Source of the DNA: a virus
DNA: 64,000 bases
Virus record (IMG/VR): IMGVR_UViG_3300030117_005808
Span: 42,524-106,523 of that record
Strand: one strand, 5' to 3'
Shown: in pieces, positions 38,752 through 46,964 of the stretch
Layout: every line of letters starts with the position of its first letter
How positions within the stretch are numbered: position 1 is the first letter of the stretch
Notes under the pieces: model-generated
Seen by the model: only the letters and a program-made list of their open reading frames with translations
Databases searched by the model: none
What the model was told of the DNA's origin: nothing
Position numbers and translations under genes: made by a program

Positions 38752-39057
38752 ATGGAATTATTGTGGTTTGCGCTCGCTTGCTACGGCTTGACTTATCTTG
38801 TCGTGTATGCGAGCATTTTTAATAGAATCCGACCAAGCAGAGAATGGCTTGGTGGTTTTGGCAAGTTATTTAACTGCACCCTGTGCTTTGGCTTCCACGC
38901 AGGCTGGTTTTTGTTTGTCATAAACCGTTGGACAGAACTATTTACTTTTGACTATACTATCGCAAACTTTTTTATTTGTGGTTGGGTAGGTGCTGGAGTT
39001 TCTTACATTCTTTCAATGATTGTTGGTGACGAAGGTATTCGGATAACAAAGGAGTAA
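38752..39057 (+). CDS. Small membrane protein with CxxC (DUF1360-like)
   Basis: Three hydrophobic segments; LFNCTLCFGFHAGW motif. Confidence 0.55.
   Translation: MELLWFALACYGLTYLVVYASIFNRIRPSREWLGGFGKLFNCTLCFGFHAGWFLFVINRWTELFTFDYTIANFFICGWVGAGVSYILSMIVGDEGIRITKE
38937..38944 (+). promoter_or_regulatory. Putative late promoter motif ACTATTTA (intragenic)
   Basis: Exact motif upstream of the 39061 peptide and the prohead protease. Confidence 0.4.
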
Positions 39058-39060
39058 ACA

Positions 39061-39111
39061 ATGCGACGTAGAAACATACCAGAGGTTCGACGCTGCTGTA
39101 GCGGCTCTTAA
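39061..39111 (+). CDS. 16-aa peptide MRRRNIPEVRRCCSGS (not in ORF track)
   Basis: AAGGAG SD 6 nt upstream; in frame with the preceding ORF across its TAA; followed by a GC hairpin. Confidence 0.4.
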   Translation: MRRRNIPEVRRCCSGS

Positions 39112-39152
39112 CTCGGGCGGGTCGCGCCCGCCAACGTCAATTGGAGATAACT

Positions 39153-39767
39153 ATGGGAAAATCACTTTTACGAGAATATTACGCACTTTGTGATGGTGGC
39201 GTCTGTCAAGACTTACTGACTGAAGAAGAAAAGAAGTTGATGTCCGCCGGCAAGAAGTTTTACATGACCGGCTGCATGCAGAAGTTTGATACACCAAACG
39301 GAAACGGTCGCGTTTATTCCAAAGAGATCCTCCAACGCGAAGTAGAAAACTATTGGAAACTTGTCAAGGAGCGTAGAGCACTTGGTGAGTTAGACCATCC
39401 CGATGACTCTGTTATTAACTTAAAGAATGCATCTCACCTTGTAACAGACATGTGGTGGGACGGCCCCGCTCTTATGGGCAAGGTCGAGGTTCTAGATACA
39501 CCATCAGGCAACATTTTAAAACAACTGGCTAACTCTGGTGTCACACTTGGCATTTCATCCCGTGGCCTTGGGTCAGTCAAAGAGGTTCGCGGAACTACAA
39601 TGGTCGAAGACGATTTTCAACTTATCTGCTTTGATTTCGTCTCGGAACCATCTACTCCCGGTGCTTTCATGCATTCCGATAAAAGAATGCGAGAACACAA
39701 AGAACCAAATATTTTTACAAAAGCAGATAAGATAAACAGAATCTTAAATAATATTTTGAGAGATTGA
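39153..39767 (+). CDS. Prohead protease (T4 gp21-like)
   Basis: NGNGRVY, ALGELDHP, ASHLV, LGISSRGLGS, FDFVSEPSTPGA; ATG 39153 has a GGAG SD (track gives TTG 39141). Confidence 0.93.
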   Translation: MGKSLLREYYALCDGGVCQDLLTEEEKKLMSAGKKFYMTGCMQKFDTPNGNGRVYSKEILQREVENYWKLVKERRALGELDHPDDSVINLKNASHLVTDMWWDGPALMGKVEVLDTPSGNILKQLANSGVTLGISSRGLGSVKEVRGTTMVEDDFQLICFDFVSEPSTPGAFMHSDKRMREHKEPNIFTKADKINRILNNILRD

Positions 39768-39768
39768 G

Positions 39769-40197
39769 ATGAAAAGAACAGAACTTAAAAAATTAATAAA
39801 GCCATTAGTAAAAGAATGTGTCCAAGAGACGATTTTAAATGATGGTCTTTTATCAAATATAGTCTCTGAGGTAATGCAAGGAATGGGAAACCAGTTCCTC
39901 GTAGAAAATAAAGAACAGGTTGTTCCCACAATGTCTAACGAAAACAGTGTACAACTAGAACAACTAAAAGAAAGACAACAAGAGACTAGAAAACGATTGC
40001 TTGATGAAATAGGTCACGATGCTTACAATGGTGTTGACCTTTTTGAAGGCACGACGCCTATTAGAGATAGCGGGCAACCCTCCGCGACGGCTCAAGCGAA
40101 CCCAATGTTTGGTCAGGATCCTGACGATGCAGGCGTGGACATTTCATCGATCGTCGCATTAGGTGGAAAAAACTGGAAAGCTTTAGCGAGTAACTAA
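39769..40197 (+). CDS. Hypothetical head protein with leader-like N-terminus (MKRTELKKLIKPLVKE)
   Basis: Directly after the protease; N-terminus resembles the array leader. Confidence 0.55.
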   Translation: MKRTELKKLIKPLVKECVQETILNDGLLSNIVSEVMQGMGNQFLVENKEQVVPTMSNENSVQLEQLKERQQETRKRLLDEIGHDAYNGVDLFEGTTPIRDSGQPSATAQANPMFGQDPDDAGVDISSIVALGGKNWKALASN

Positions 40198-40204
40198 CTA
40201 TTTA
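40197..40204 (+). promoter_or_regulatory. Putative late promoter motif ACTATTTA
   Basis: 27 nt before ATG 40224. Confidence 0.6.
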
Positions 40205-40223
40205 AAGGAAGAGAGGAAAAACA

Positions 40224-40682
40224 ATGGCAACAGATCCCAAAACAGGACAGCAAATATTTGGTGGCTCTTATGGTGTAGGATTCAACAACGTCGGAAGCTA
40301 TCAGGCCAGCGCCAAACCATATATTCAGACAGAACTTGTAGTGCCAGCATCTTCTAGTAACGCAGGCACTGCACTCGAAGTCGCGTTCCCGAAAGTGACA
40401 AAATTTATAACTGTACGAAATGATGGTACAGCATCGGAAGAAATTAGGCTTGCTTTTGCATCTGGCGGACTTGGAGTCAATAAGCTTGGGGCGACATCTG
40501 GTAACAACTACATCAAAATCGCACAATCTGCATCATTCTCAGCAGACTTTAGGGTTACAAAACTTTATCTAATGTCAGAGGATGGCCACACTCCAAACGC
40601 CACCGTCATTGCCGGCTTAACCCAAATAGATGCTACGCGACTTCCAGACTCTTGGAAGGGCGATAATGGTGTTGGCGATTAA
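40224..40682 (+). CDS. Small beta-rich putative virion (decoration-like) protein
   Basis: Head-module location, late motif upstream, Gly/Ala/Ser/Thr-rich. Confidence 0.5.
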   Translation: MATDPKTGQQIFGGSYGVGFNNVGSYQASAKPYIQTELVVPASSSNAGTALEVAFPKVTKFITVRNDGTASEEIRLAFASGGLGVNKLGATSGNNYIKIAQSASFSADFRVTKLYLMSEDGHTPNATVIAGLTQIDATRLPDSWKGDNGVGD

Positions 40683-40696
40683 CACAAAGAGGAACA

Positions 40697-40972
40697 ATGA
40701 GCTACCATAATAGAAGAGGCAATCGAGGACGCAATCCAAAAAAGTTTTATTATAAGACAAGACGACCTGCCCACGTTGCTACCTACGCCAAAGAAGGCGA
40801 ACATCCAGAACGCACTATAAAACGTTTCCTTAAGAAGTGTAAGAAGGAAAAAATCATAGAGCAAGTAAGAAAATACGATTATTACGAAAAGCCATCTGTT
40901 AAGCGAAAACGAGCTAGATCTAGACGCAAAGCGGTTCTAAAAAAGCTAAATGAGCAAAACAAGAAGACATAA
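40697..40972 (+). CDS. rpsU: Phage-encoded ribosomal protein bS21
   Basis: EGEHPERTIKRFLKKCKKEKIIEQVRKYDYYEKPSVKRKR matches the bS21 pattern (E..ALRRFK...YEKPS..RK). Confidence 0.85.
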   Translation: MSYHNRRGNRGRNPKKFYYKTRRPAHVATYAKEGEHPERTIKRFLKKCKKEKIIEQVRKYDYYEKPSVKRKRARSRRKAVLKKLNEQNKKT

Positions 40973-40993
40973 AGGTTTTTCTACAAATAGGGT

Positions 40994-41001
40994 ACTATTT
41001 A
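40994..41001 (+). promoter_or_regulatory. Putative late promoter motif ACTATTTA
   Basis: Intergenic, 48 nt before the scaffold ATG. Confidence 0.6.
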
Positions 41002-41041
41002 TTTATGACAAAATAAGTGTTTCCAACACGAGGATTAAGGT

Positions 41042-42013
41042 ATGCCAACACTCTTAGAACAAGCTATTATTGATGCACAAGAACTTAGAGACGCCGCGCT
41101 AAAGAACGCCGAGTCTACTATTCTAGAAAAGTATAACAACGAAGTGAAGAATGTTGTTGAAACCCTCTTGGAGCAGGAAGAGGAAATGATGGGGGCTATG
41201 GAAGAACCTGCCTTCGCCGCTGCCGAAGAAGAGGAAATGTGTCCTTGCCCGGACAAGGAAGAGGAAGAGACCGTAATGTTCAGTCTTGATGACCTAAAAG
41301 CCATGGCTGATGAACTTGACGGTGATGCTCTTGGGACTCCCGAGGATCAAGAAGATCTTATGACTGATCTTGGAATGGAGCCCGAAGAAGAGGAAGACAC
41401 ACTTCCCCTTCAAGAAGATCTTCAGTTGGTTGAAGAAGAAGTTGAACTCGATGAAGCTACAATCAAAGAACTTGTTGAAGAATTGGTTGTTGATGTTGTG
41501 CCTACCAAGAGTGGCTGGCTAGCAACTCCTCAAGGCGAGATGCAATATGCAGAAGAATTAGAATTGGCTAGACTGGCTAGCACAGAGGCCCAAGAGCAGA
41601 TTAAAGCTCTTAAGGATGCCCGTGACCGTCTAACCATCACAAACGAATCTTTGACAAGCGACAATAAGAAGCTTGTTGAGGGCATCTTAGCATTGAAAGA
41701 GAAGGTTGAACAAACCCTCTTGGAAAATGCGAAACTACTCTATATGAATCAGGCATTGAATAGTGCCTCCCTGAATGAGCGACAAAAGTCAAACGTTGTC
41801 GAGTCTATTCGCAAGGCTGATTCTGTTGAAGAGGCGAAGGTAATATTTGAAACCCTTCAAAGCGCAGCGGGCGATTCTACTCGTAGAAAGCCAAAATCGT
41901 TGAGCGAAGCAATCAGTAGACCTTCATCGACATTGCCAAGACGAAGAAAAGAAAGAGCACAAGGGGAAACCATTGTGAAGGATCGATTCCAAAGATTGGC
42001 AGGACTTAAATGA
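41042..42013 (+). CDS. Prohead core scaffolding protein (gp22-like)
   Basis: Very acidic coiled coil with many (L/I)xE sites, between protease and MCP; C-terminal DRFQRLAGLK. Confidence 0.75.
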   Translation: MPTLLEQAIIDAQELRDAALKNAESTILEKYNNEVKNVVETLLEQEEEMMGAMEEPAFAAAEEEEMCPCPDKEEEETVMFSLDDLKAMADELDGDALGTPEDQEDLMTDLGMEPEEEEDTLPLQEDLQLVEEEVELDEATIKELVEELVVDVVPTKSGWLATPQGEMQYAEELELARLASTEAQEQIKALKDARDRLTITNESLTSDNKKLVEGILALKEKVEQTLLENAKLLYMNQALNSASLNERQKSNVVESIRKADSVEEAKVIFETLQSAAGDSTRRKPKSLSEAISRPSSTLPRRRKERAQGETIVKDRFQRLAGLK

Positions 42014-42054
42014 CAGAATAATCCAATAAATTTAATAAAAGGAGGTGATTAAAA

Positions 42055-43854
42055 ATGTCAGTATTAAATAAATTAACTGAAGGAATCGTTAACCGCGATC
42101 TCCGTCAGGAAGGCGATGCTCTTATCTCCAAGTGGGAAAAGACCGGACTCCTCGAAGGCCTCAATAACGATGTCACGAAGAACGGTATGGCTCGTCTCCT
42201 TGAAAACCAAGCCAAGCAGCTTCTGAAAGAGGCTTCTTCTATGGCAGCAGGCGATGTGGAAGGTTTTGCTTCCGTCGCTTTCCCGCTCGTTCGCCGCGTG
42301 TTCGGTGGTCTTTTGGCCAACGATCTCGTTAGCGTTCAGCCGATGAGTCTCCCAAGTGGTCTCATCTTCTTCCTCGATTTCACTTACGAGGCTGGTAAGC
42401 TCGGCCTCGCCGCCGGCGAATCCGTCTACGGTGGTGGAGTTGTTGGTAAGGGCATCCAAACGGGTGTCACAGACATCACCGAAGAGGGTGGTGGCCTGTA
42501 TAACTTGCAGAATGGTTACTCGCAAGTAAGTGCTTCGACAACTGTTGCAACTACCATTGTTGCTTCTGGTAACGTCGGTGTGGGTGGTATTCCCGAGTTT
42601 GGTGATACAACTGTTTCTGGCTTTACTGCTGGTTATGACCTTGCTCGTCTTCTGAAGTTCGACGTGGACCTTGTGTCTGGTTCGGCTTTCGCAGCAGCAA
42701 CAGTGCCATTGGCTACACTCACAGCAGCAGGCGTGCGATTCAACGAGGATGACTTTGTTGATATCAAGCTTGCCGACCAAAGCATTGACGGTGGTCTCGG
42801 TACTCTTACTGATGGTCTTCAAGTTCGTCGCTTGACCCAGCTTGACCCAACTGAGAATGCAGCTTCGGCAACTAGGCTTCTGTTTGTTGTCGCCGCAACT
42901 GGTTCGGAAACAACCGCGCAGATGACGACCTCGCTCAACGCTGTTGATCTTGCACTTCACACCATCGTGGATGACTTCATCGCTGGCGGCGCCATCGGTG
43001 CTGTTGTTGGTGATGATACTTGGGGTCTTGAAGAGCCTCAGTTCGGTACCGGCAATGCTGGTTCTACGACGGCTAAGAACGAGATCCCCGAGATCGACAT
43101 CAAGGTGGACTCGATTGCTGTTACGGCACAAACCCGTAAGCTGAAAGCTAAGTGGTCGCCGGAACTTGGTCAGGACTTGAACGCCTACCACAACCTTGAT
43201 GCCGAGGTTGAGTTGACTAGTGTTCTCTCTGAGCAGATTGCTCTTGAGATCGACCGTGAGATCGTTTCTGATCTTATTAACGGTGCAACTGCTGGTACGT
43301 TCTATTGGTCGCGCTCTCCGGGCATGTTCCTGAACCGCACAACCGGTGCAGAGATTGGCGCTTCAACCGCCGCTCCTGACTTCACTGGTACGGTTTCCGA
43401 ATGGTACGAGACCCTTATCGAGACTGTTAATGATGTCTCGGCACAGATCCACCGCAAGACTCTGCGGGGTGGAGCTAACTTCATCGTGACCTCACCTGAA
43501 GTTGCTAACATCCTTGAGTTCACCGCTGGTTTCCGTGCAAGCGTCACCGCTGATGCTGATCGTGGCACCGCAGGTGCTGTGAACGTTGGTGCTATCTCGA
43601 AGAAGTTCGACGTGTACGTCGATCCTTACTTCCCTCGCAACGTGCTGCTTGTCGGCCGTAAGGGTGGTAGCTTCCTTGAGTCGGGCTATGTTTACGCTCC
43701 GTATGTGCCGTTACAGGTCACGCCGACTATCTTCGGTACCGAGGACTTCATCCCCCGCAAGGGCGTGATGACTCGCTACGCTAAGAAGATGGTCCGTCCT
43801 GATATGTACGGTCTGGTCATCTGTCGTGGCCTTCTCGGTGAGTCTGGCGCTTAG
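42055..43854 (+). CDS. Major capsid protein (T4 gp23-like)
   Basis: LLENQ, PLVRRV, VSVQPMSLPSGLIF, RKLKAKWSPELGQDLNAYH, EIDREI, YAPYVPL, GVMTRY; strong codon bias; SD AAGGAGGT. Confidence 0.97.
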   Translation: MSVLNKLTEGIVNRDLRQEGDALISKWEKTGLLEGLNNDVTKNGMARLLENQAKQLLKEASSMAAGDVEGFASVAFPLVRRVFGGLLANDLVSVQPMSLPSGLIFFLDFTYEAGKLGLAAGESVYGGGVVGKGIQTGVTDITEEGGGLYNLQNGYSQVSASTTVATTIVASGNVGVGGIPEFGDTTVSGFTAGYDLARLLKFDVDLVSGSAFAAATVPLATLTAAGVRFNEDDFVDIKLADQSIDGGLGTLTDGLQVRRLTQLDPTENAASATRLLFVVAATGSETTAQMTTSLNAVDLALHTIVDDFIAGGAIGAVVGDDTWGLEEPQFGTGNAGSTTAKNEIPEIDIKVDSIAVTAQTRKLKAKWSPELGQDLNAYHNLDAEVELTSVLSEQIALEIDREIVSDLINGATAGTFYWSRSPGMFLNRTTGAEIGASTAAPDFTGTVSEWYETLIETVNDVSAQIHRKTLRGGANFIVTSPEVANILEFTAGFRASVTADADRGTAGAVNVGAISKKFDVYVDPYFPRNVLLVGRKGGSFLESGYVYAPYVPLQVTPTIFGTEDFIPRKGVMTRYAKKMVRPDMYGLVICRGLLGESGA

Positions 43855-43880
43855 TAGCTAGCCAGCCTTTCTAAGACTAT

Positions 43881-43910
43881 ACCCCGCTATCTTCGGATAG
43901 CGGGGTTTTT
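43881..43910 (+). terminator. Rho-independent terminator after MCP
   Basis: ACCCCGCTATC-TTCG-GATAGCGGGGT perfect 11-bp stem with cUUCGg loop, then a T-tract. Confidence 0.92.
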
Positions 43911-43922
43911 GTTTATATACAA

Positions 43923-43930
43923 ACTATTTA
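43923..43930 (+). promoter_or_regulatory. Putative late promoter motif ACTATTTA
   Basis: Immediately after the terminator, 27 nt before ATG 43950. Confidence 0.65.
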
Positions 43931-43949
43931 TTATTAGGAGGAATGTAAA

Positions 43950-44129
43950 ATGCACATTCGTAAAAGAAAGTGGCTTAGAGCCCAAGCAATCAAGAAAGCT
44001 GAAGCATCCCAATCGGTCGCCCCAGCCCCAGCCCCAGCACCAGTGGAGGCCCCAGCCCCAGCCCCAGCACCGGCTAAGAAGGCCAAAGCTACAAAAACTA
44101 AAAAAGCTACAAAAAAAACCATTAAGTAG
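43950..44129 (+). CDS. 59-aa Lys/Ala/Pro-rich basic protein, histone-H1-like (not in ORF track)
   Basis: AGGAGG SD; MHIRKRKWLRAQAIKKAEASQSVAPAPAPAPVEAPAPAPAPAKKAKATKTKKATKKTIK*. Confidence 0.7.
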   Translation: MHIRKRKWLRAQAIKKAEASQSVAPAPAPAPVEAPAPAPAPAKKAKATKTKKATKKTIK

Positions 44130-44143
44130 AGGGAGAACTTTAA

Positions 44144-45460
44144 ATGGCAGTGCCTACACTAACGCCTGTTAGTACAACAAGCAAAGTAATATTAACTTCT
44201 ACAGGTAGCACGACTACCGTAGGCAATGGTGCAGGCTCAACCACTCATTATCCTTTTGGCATGTATGTCACAACAACATCTGCCTTATATGATACAAACT
44301 TTATTTCAGGAGCAGCCGATCAAGTCGCGTATACATACAAGAAGCTTGGCGGTGATGTGCTTGATATTGAACTAACAGTTGGGAATGTGTATGCGGCATA
44401 TGAAGAGTCAGTGCTAGAGTACACTTATCATGTTAATAAACATCAGGCAAAAAATGTTCTTGGTAGCTTGTTAGGCTTTGCAACTGGCACATTTGATCAT
44501 GATGGTCAGATGACTGGAGGCGATGCATCCGGATCTGCTGTTAACCTTGCGTTTCCAAAATTTAAAGTGGAATATGCTCGTAAGGTTGGCGAGGGCTTCG
44601 CGGAAGAGGCAGGCATTGGTGGTGATAATACTTTTTACTCGGCATCATTTGCATTAACTGCCGGCGTGCAAGACTATGATTTACAGGCTATTATATCAAA
44701 GTCTGCCGCTGATAATTACGATCAAGCCGAAGCCGGCGGTCCAGTGCCATACGCTGACCTAGTTGGTAACAGAAAAGTAAAGATACAACGAGTATTTTAC
44801 AAAACACCGGGCGCAATGTGGAGATTTTACGGCTACTATGGTGGGTTAAATGTTGTTGGTAACTTAAATTACTATGGCCAATACTCTGATGATACTACTT
44901 TTGAGATTGTCCCCGTATGGCAGAATAAACTTCAATCTATGGCCTATGAAGACCACTTATTTACCAGATTGTCTCACTATTCATATGAATTGTTTAATAA
45001 TAAATTAAGAATTTTTCCTATTCCTCACGGCTTTGTTCCATTCATGCATGTCCAATTTACCATTGATAGCCAGCCATGGACCGAAGACGCTGACAGGAAG
45101 AATGGTACAGATGGTATTAACAACATGAGTACGTTGCCATTCGATAACATACCGTATGAGAATATTAACGCTATCGGCAAGCATTGGATCCGCCGCTATG
45201 CTCTTTCGCTCTGCAAAGAGATGTTAGGTCAAATTCGTGGCAAGTTCGGTGGCGGTATCCCGATCCCCGGTGATAATGTTACACTTAACTCAGGTGATTT
45301 GCTTTCGCAAGCAAAAGAAGAACAAGACTATCTCAAGGAAGAATTAAAAACTATTCTGGATGAAATGACGTACAAAGCACTTGCACAACAAGACGCTGAA
45401 AAGATCGAAGCTATAGATAAGGTGAATGGTGGTATTCCATTAATGATTTATCAGGGGTAA
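44144..45460 (+). CDS. Neck/head-completion protein (gp13-like)
   Basis: KLGGDVLDIELT, WIRRYALSLCKEMLGQIRGKF..IPGDNVTLNS motifs; follows MCP. Confidence 0.8.
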   Translation: MAVPTLTPVSTTSKVILTSTGSTTTVGNGAGSTTHYPFGMYVTTTSALYDTNFISGAADQVAYTYKKLGGDVLDIELTVGNVYAAYEESVLEYTYHVNKHQAKNVLGSLLGFATGTFDHDGQMTGGDASGSAVNLAFPKFKVEYARKVGEGFAEEAGIGGDNTFYSASFALTAGVQDYDLQAIISKSAADNYDQAEAGGPVPYADLVGNRKVKIQRVFYKTPGAMWRFYGYYGGLNVVGNLNYYGQYSDDTTFEIVPVWQNKLQSMAYEDHLFTRLSHYSYELFNNKLRIFPIPHGFVPFMHVQFTIDSQPWTEDADRKNGTDGINNMSTLPFDNIPYENINAIGKHWIRRYALSLCKEMLGQIRGKFGGGIPIPGDNVTLNSGDLLSQAKEEQDYLKEELKTILDEMTYKALAQQDAEKIEAIDKVNGGIPLMIYQG

Positions 45461-45464
45461 GTAA

Positions 45465-45959
45465 ATGTCAAATGAAAACAAATGGTCACAGCCTGATGCT
45501 CCACCCCCTCCCTTGTTCACAGGTAAAAAAGAAAGAGATCTTGTAAAACAAGTCAATGATGAGCTTATTGAGCGCGTCATAGGCCAAACCATCGCCTATT
45601 ATCCAATAGACACACAAACAACAAACTTTCATTCTCTTTATGGAGAAGCTATCCACAAGAACTTTTTGCCTCCAATCAGAGTTCAGGCCCTAGTCGAGTT
45701 TGAGGGGATAAATACAAAGTTTGAAAACAGTATTGGCTTAGACAAAGAAACTAATATTACAGTTCATTTTCATAAACGTCGCCTAACCGAAGATCAAGAC
45801 CTTTTTGTGCGAGAAGGTGACTTTGTAGCATACGGAAAGTTTTTCTACGAGATAGTTAGTTTATCGGAACCAAGACCACTCTATGGTCAAGTAGATCATC
45901 TTTTAGAGATTTCTGCTAAATGTATCCGAGCACGGGAGGATTTATTCGATGCCAGCTAA
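45465..45959 (+). CDS. Neck/head-closure protein (gp14-like)
   Basis: ELIERVIGQTIAYYP, LYGE, REGDFV..FYEI; synteny. Confidence 0.7.
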   Translation: MSNENKWSQPDAPPPPLFTGKKERDLVKQVNDELIERVIGQTIAYYPIDTQTTNFHSLYGEAIHKNFLPPIRVQALVEFEGINTKFENSIGLDKETNITVHFHKRRLTEDQDLFVREGDFVAYGKFFYEIVSLSEPRPLYGQVDHLLEISAKCIRAREDLFDAS

Positions 45960-46884
45960 AAAGCCCGACTACTCGTTCACAGACTTGCCAGATCACGGTG
46001 ATGTATTGAAAGATTTAACTTTCATGCCCTCTACTGCTGAAAACATTGATCAGGCCATATTTAAATTTATCAATGAAGAGCTTGATTTATTTACAACCAC
46101 AAATAAAGGCAGAAAAAAGGTTCCTATTATTTGGGTTTCTGCCGAACGTGCTCATCAAATAAAAAACAATCGAGACCTAAGAGACAATAATGGTGTGTTA
46201 AAGCTACCACTTATTACAATTGAAAGAACGGGCCTAACAAAAGACCCAGCCTTCAAAGGCACTTGGCAAGCGCATATGCCAGACTTCGGAAAAACATATC
46301 ACAAAGTTAGAAGAGTTAATGTCCCGGCAGCAAGAAAAATAAACCATGAGAAGACATCAAACTTTGCGAATGCTTTTTCGGGCAGAAGATCAGGGGTTAA
46401 TAACAATGTTGGCATTGGCCAACAAAACTTTCCAGCCCAACCTAATAGGAAAAATCCAACTGTGCTAGAAACAATATACTTGCCAATACCAATCTGGGTT
46501 AACGCAACATATTCCCTAAAGCTAAGAACTCAATACATACAACAAATGAACGATTTAACACAGCCTTTTTATACTTTTACAGGACAGATGAATTCGTTTT
46601 TTGCGACTAACGAAGGTCACAGATATGAAGGGTTTGTTGAGGGCGACTTTGGTAAGACAAATAATATTGCTGATATGGGGGAAGAAGAAAGAACTTATGT
46701 AACAGACGTTACCTTAAAAGTTCTTGGCTATCTTATGGGCGAGGGTTCCAACGATAAGAAGCCTAAAATTACCGTGACTCAAAACTTTGTAGACGTAAAA
46801 ATACCAAGGGAAAGAGTTATTGTTGGAGACATTAATGAGTTCTTAAGAGAGGACGAGGAAGGAAAAGGTTTTTATAGAGAGTAA
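45949..46884 (+). CDS. Tail terminator/completion protein (gp15-like)
   Basis: KVPIIW...LPLITIER...PIWVNATYSL; lies between neck and sheath. Confidence 0.6.
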   Translation: MPAKKPDYSFTDLPDHGDVLKDLTFMPSTAENIDQAIFKFINEELDLFTTTNKGRKKVPIIWVSAERAHQIKNNRDLRDNNGVLKLPLITIERTGLTKDPAFKGTWQAHMPDFGKTYHKVRRVNVPAARKINHEKTSNFANAFSGRRSGVNNNVGIGQQNFPAQPNRKNPTVLETIYLPIPIWVNATYSLKLRTQYIQQMNDLTQPFYTFTGQMNSFFATNEGHRYEGFVEGDFGKTNNIADMGEEERTYVTDVTLKVLGYLMGEGSNDKKPKITVTQNFVDVKIPRERVIVGDINEFLREDEEGKGFYRE

Positions 46885-46905
46885 GGGTCTTTGCTTCTAT
46901 ACAAT

Positions 46906-46913
46906 ACTATTTA
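46906..46913 (+). promoter_or_regulatory. Putative late promoter motif ACTATTTA
   Basis: Intergenic, 59 nt before the sheath ATG. Confidence 0.6.
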
Positions 46914-46964
46914 TAAAGTGAAAGGAACCATATCGAGACTATTTGGTTTTAAGGAGACATAGTA

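Noticed and set aside
42073-43191. 372-aa antisense ORF inside the major capsid gene
   Set aside because: Shadow of strong codon bias in a highly expressed gene; no SD or promoter and no protein-like motifs
43909-44172. Track ORF of 87 aa (PQPQPQH repeats)
   Set aside because: Wrong frame; starts inside the terminator T-tract. The ATG 43950 frame has the SD and late motif.
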